Assembly (NCBI GenBank): GCA_043762555.1
Contig: JAYUMO010000088.1
Coordinates: 1-30,960 of the forward strand
Direction: 5' to 3'
Source: Gemmatimonadaceae bacterium
GTDB lineage: Bacteria; Gemmatimonadota; Gemmatimonadetes; Gemmatimonadales; Gemmatimonadaceae
Length of the DNA: 30,960 bases
In this document: one piece after another, positions 29,301 through 30,960 of the stretch
Numbering within the stretch: the stretch's first letter is position 1
How the letters are laid out: every line of letters starts with the position of its first letter
Position numbers and translations under genes: made by a program
Notes under the pieces: model-generated
Databases searched by the model: none
Told to the model about the DNA's origin: nothing
Seen by the model: only the letters and a program-made list of their open reading frames with translations

Positions 29301-29380
29301 TAGCCGATCGTGTCCCCCGACGGCGGCGTCGTGGGAGCGACGGCCTGTTGCAGCGCGATGACGACCGGGAGGAGCAGCAT
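26372..29380 (-). CDS. M1 family zinc aminopeptidase fused to a C-terminal Omp85-like beta-barrel
   Basis: YWQQRADY N-terminus, GSTEFP (GxMEN-like), HEVGH-x18-E (28274-28288 onward), and a downstream Tyr in VYDRA. The C-terminal ~380 aa carry GGAGLRGY, FADG and terminal WTFTVGDLW. Start is ATG 29380 or GTG 29386. Confidence 0.88.
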   Translation of the reverse strand: MLLLPVVIALQQAVAPTTPPSGDTIGYWQQRADYRIVARLDEKAQTAHAAGDLRYVNHSPDTLREMYVHQYLNAYRPGSRWSAADEREGRVRFQHLADSNTAFERFTALPAFDGTPVAPSYPYAPDSTVARFLLPRPLAPGDSVSVHFAWDARPSATVYRRQGRRGRHYDFAQWYPKVAVYDRLGWEPNPLVAAGELYGEFGTFDVTLIVATDQVLGATGVPVGGDPGWERVKRWGVVTIPRDAYGALPPAPAVPLAAGERAVRFYARDIHHFAWTASPDYRYEGGLYRDTVAVHVLYEQRGESAWAKGAIVEKQKRALAWLESIYGRYPYPQVMAALRLDAGSTEFPMMVLYGSTFMHYDLVLHEVGHIYSYGILANNEWRSAWMDEGLTSYQAHWALNATAPERARGLGPSDPPPPAGYRGRALRPPPWQQDEIDLFALDLTGRAEPIGTAGQDFNEFTVYNTMVYDRAEMMYGALRDVLGDSLFRAFLKDYYARWRMRHVDERAMRASAERVSGNDLAWFFDEWVHHTGLVDYAATVTIDSIAAGSRTIATVRKLGEYRHPEPIRMGYADVELAGTTAGLAVMRDTIVLPSRPGPYELDPRHLTPDWDARNDNEPETTRIVFGWPFLDQWDRYRNVAAIEPRLWYTGPGGLTVGARVRSNYQNLVDLWDGGLVVAVRGPTSSTLPQLQGWLAVENPRLAGAARPVIGLRTGAWMVDGTFRFELRRTWDESPFRFANGPRDTITFALNVTAPYDRSWQDTARWNNATVGDVSIEWKWRSRGPAQAFARFFLDGGLIFPRTGVALEGNFGRAELEGGTTLPLAAQGRLALMLRGFGGVSSTAPAQRSIGLSSLDATQTFENNFLRGSDAILVLPDVHYVPLGGAGLRGYSLYTRVQSVGAVNTQLTWTVNAPRAASLLPRVQAALFADGAYASLAGALPNPAQWFGDAGASAILHGALYDRAYVLRIDLPVWMNEPSLAPGSAASAEPVKLRWTFTVGDLW

Positions 29381-29395
29381 GCCCACAATGTGAAG

Positions 29396-29438
29396 AAAGG
29401 AGAATAAAGCGGCGCCCGCTCGGTGGAGCGGGCGCCGC
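29396..29438 (-). terminator. Rho-independent terminator downstream of atpH
   Basis: Perfect 13-bp stem gcggcgcccgctc/gagcgggcgccgc (29409-29438) with a 4-nt loop, followed on the minus strand by TTTATTCTCCTTT. Confidence 0.8.
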
Positions 29439-29469
29439 GGTCACTCAGCCGGAGCGTCCGCGCGACCCG

Positions 29470-30018
29470 CTATCGCGCCGCGCTTCCGAGCATCCGCGAG
29501 CGGAGCGTCGCGAGTCGCCGCGCCAGCGAACCATCCATCACCGTGTCGCCCATCTTCACCACCACCCCGCCCAGGATCTGCGGCCGCACGGTGAAGTGCG
29601 GCACAACCGTCAGCCCGGTGATGCGCGAGAGCTGCTTCGCGATCGACGTGCGCGCCCTCGCGTCGGGCGCGGCCACCAGCTGCACCTGCGCGTGCGCCCG
29701 GCCGGCGAGCACGTCCACGATCGTGTGGTACTCGATGGCGATCTCCGACAGCAGATGCTGGCGGCGGTGCATGATCACCGCCTTCAGGAAGGCGACGAGC
29801 TTCTTCGGGAGTCGCCGCTCGAACGCTTTCACGACGATCCGGCTCTTCTCGGCGACCGTGACCCGCGGCGATTCCAAGAACCCGCGGAGTCGCTTGTCCG
29901 AGGAGACGGCTTCCGCCACCTCATCCATCATCGTGCCCCAGCCGTCCAGCTCCTTCACCTGCTGGGCGAGGGTGACCAGGACCTCGGCGTAGTTGCGGGC
30001 GACCGTCGGCTCGCGCAT
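29470..30018 (-). CDS. atpH: F0F1 ATP synthase subunit delta
   Basis: VARNYAEVL, FLESPRV, FLKAV...RR..LL.EI...Y, ILGGVVVKMGDTVMDGSLARRL. Confidence 0.93.
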   Translation of the reverse strand: MREPTVARNYAEVLVTLAQQVKELDGWGTMMDEVAEAVSSDKRLRGFLESPRVTVAEKSRIVVKAFERRLPKKLVAFLKAVIMHRRQHLLSEIAIEYHTIVDVLAGRAHAQVQLVAAPDARARTSIAKQLSRITGLTVVPHFTVRPQILGGVVVKMGDTVMDGSLARRLATLRSRMLGSAAR

Positions 30019-30608
30019 CAGCCCTTCTTCGCCGGCGCGATCGAGCCGAGGAACTCGTCCACGATCTGCCGGTTCGCCGCGCTGTCCAGATTCTTCTCGA
30101 TCACCTTGCCGGCGCCGCGGATCGCGAGCTCCACCGCCTCGCGCCGCAGCTCGGCGATCGCGCGGTCGCGCTCGGAGGCGATCTCGGACTTCGCGCGGTC
30201 GAGCATCGCCCGCTGCTCCGCGCTCGCTTGCTCGATCACGCCGGTGCGCACCTTCTCGCCCGCGGCGCGCCCCTCGGCGATGATCCGCTGCGCGTCATCG
30301 CGCGTGGCGGCGAGCTGGTTCTGCTGCTCGGCGAGCAGTGCCGCGGCCTCGTCGCGGTCGCGCTTGGCGGCGGCGAGGGCGTCGCTCAGCGCCTTCTCCC
30401 GCGCTTCGACGGCGCCGAGGATCTTCGGGTACGCGAACTTCGCGAGGATCGCGAAGAGCGCGACGAAGATCAGCAGCGTCCAGAACATCAGCCCCGCGTC
30501 GGGTGAGAGCAGGCTGCGCTTGGGCGCGGCCTCCTGGGCCGCGAGCGGCAGGGCGCTCAGCAAAATAAACGTGAATGTGACGGCGAGACCGGTGAGACTC
30601 GTGCGCAT
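30018..30608 (-). CDS. atpF: F0F1 ATP synthase subunit b
   Basis: GLMFWTLLIFVALFAILAKFAYPKILGAVEARE, a coiled-coil body, and AVELAIRGAGKVI. Lies between atpE and atpH. Confidence 0.93.
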   Translation of the reverse strand: MRTSLTGLAVTFTFILLSALPLAAQEAAPKRSLLSPDAGLMFWTLLIFVALFAILAKFAYPKILGAVEAREKALSDALAAAKRDRDEAAALLAEQQNQLAATRDDAQRIIAEGRAAGEKVRTGVIEQASAEQRAMLDRAKSEIASERDRAIAELRREAVELAIRGAGKVIEKNLDSAANRQIVDEFLGSIAPAKKG

Positions 30609-30632
30609 CGATCAGTACCGGACGAGGTGAAT

Positions 30633-30664
30633 GCGAGAGTCCGGACCCGGGTCCGGGCTCTTGC
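30633..30664. other. GC-rich stem-loop between atpE and atpF
   Basis: gcgagagtccggac-ccgg-gtccgggctcttgc, with a perfect 16-bp palindromic core ccggacccgggtccgg at 30641-30656. Confidence 0.55.
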
Positions 30665-30670
30665 GGGTGA

Positions 30671-30949
30671 CTAGAATTTGTTCACGATCAGGAATGCGAT
30701 GACGATCGCGAACAGGGCCGCTCCCTCGACGAGGGCCGCGAAGATCAGCCCCGCCGTCTGGATCTGCCCCGCGCGTTCCGGCTGCCGCGCCATGCCGTCG
30801 GCGACCGAACCGCCGACGCGGCCGATGCCGATGCCCGCACCGATCACGGCCACACCTGCGCCGATGCCGGCCCCCATCATCGCCCACGCCTGCGAGTATT
30901 CCTTGGTGTACGCCGCGCCCGCCTGCAGCAGCGGAAGGATCGTGTGCAT
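30671..30949 (-). CDS. atpE: F0F1 ATP synthase subunit c
   Basis: GAGIGAGVAVIGAGIGIG glycine motif, ARQP loop, ion-binding Glu in ALVEGAALF, and RBS GGGAG upstream. No Na+-type Q/E/S signature, so H+ coupling is inferred. Confidence 0.95.
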   Translation of the reverse strand: MHTILPLLQAGAAYTKEYSQAWAMMGAGIGAGVAVIGAGIGIGRVGGSVADGMARQPERAGQIQTAGLIFAALVEGAALFAIVIAFLIVNKF

Positions 30950-30960
30950 GTCGTGCTCCC

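Overview
This is a GC-rich (about 70%), gene-dense bacterial window. Its protein styles and gene set suggest Gemmatimonadota, but that is inference, not a tested assignment. Plus strand, 1-5428: end of gpmI, an outer-membrane beta-barrel, a PTPS/QueD-family gene, the Moco/FDH maturation genes fdhD-mobA-mobB-moeA, and a family-16-like methyltransferase. Minus strand, 5463-14771: a secreted orphan, an isocitrate-type dehydrogenase, a metallophosphoesterase, a SprT-like protease, glutaryl-CoA-type acyl-CoA dehydrogenase, etfB-etfA, a low-GC small membrane ORF, a FadF/EtfD-like membrane Fe-S oxidoreductase and a membrane orphan. Plus strand, 14874-19718: cstA, a 174-bp inverted-repeat element, an S9 peptidase and ybdD/yjiX. 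Minus strand, 19688-30949: atpE-atpF-atpH with a terminator, a 1000-aa M1 peptidase, a cupin, a nucleotidyltransferase, a LeuA-like enzyme, DUF885, a YVTN lipoprotein and an MFS transporter. The top finding is that the M1 aminopeptidase is fused to a C-terminal domain with Omp85/BamA barrel signatures (LRGY loop, FxDG, terminal WTFTVGDLW) and no recognisable POTRA domain, making it a candidate new type V-like self-displaying peptidase. Other notable points are a MITE-like 39-bp inverted-repeat element, a family of CTCGGGA heptamer hairpins, a BH4-type (CX5HGH) PTPS in a Moco operon, and a METTL20/21-like methyltransferase near etfB. No tRNA, rRNA, CRISPR array or transposase was seen.
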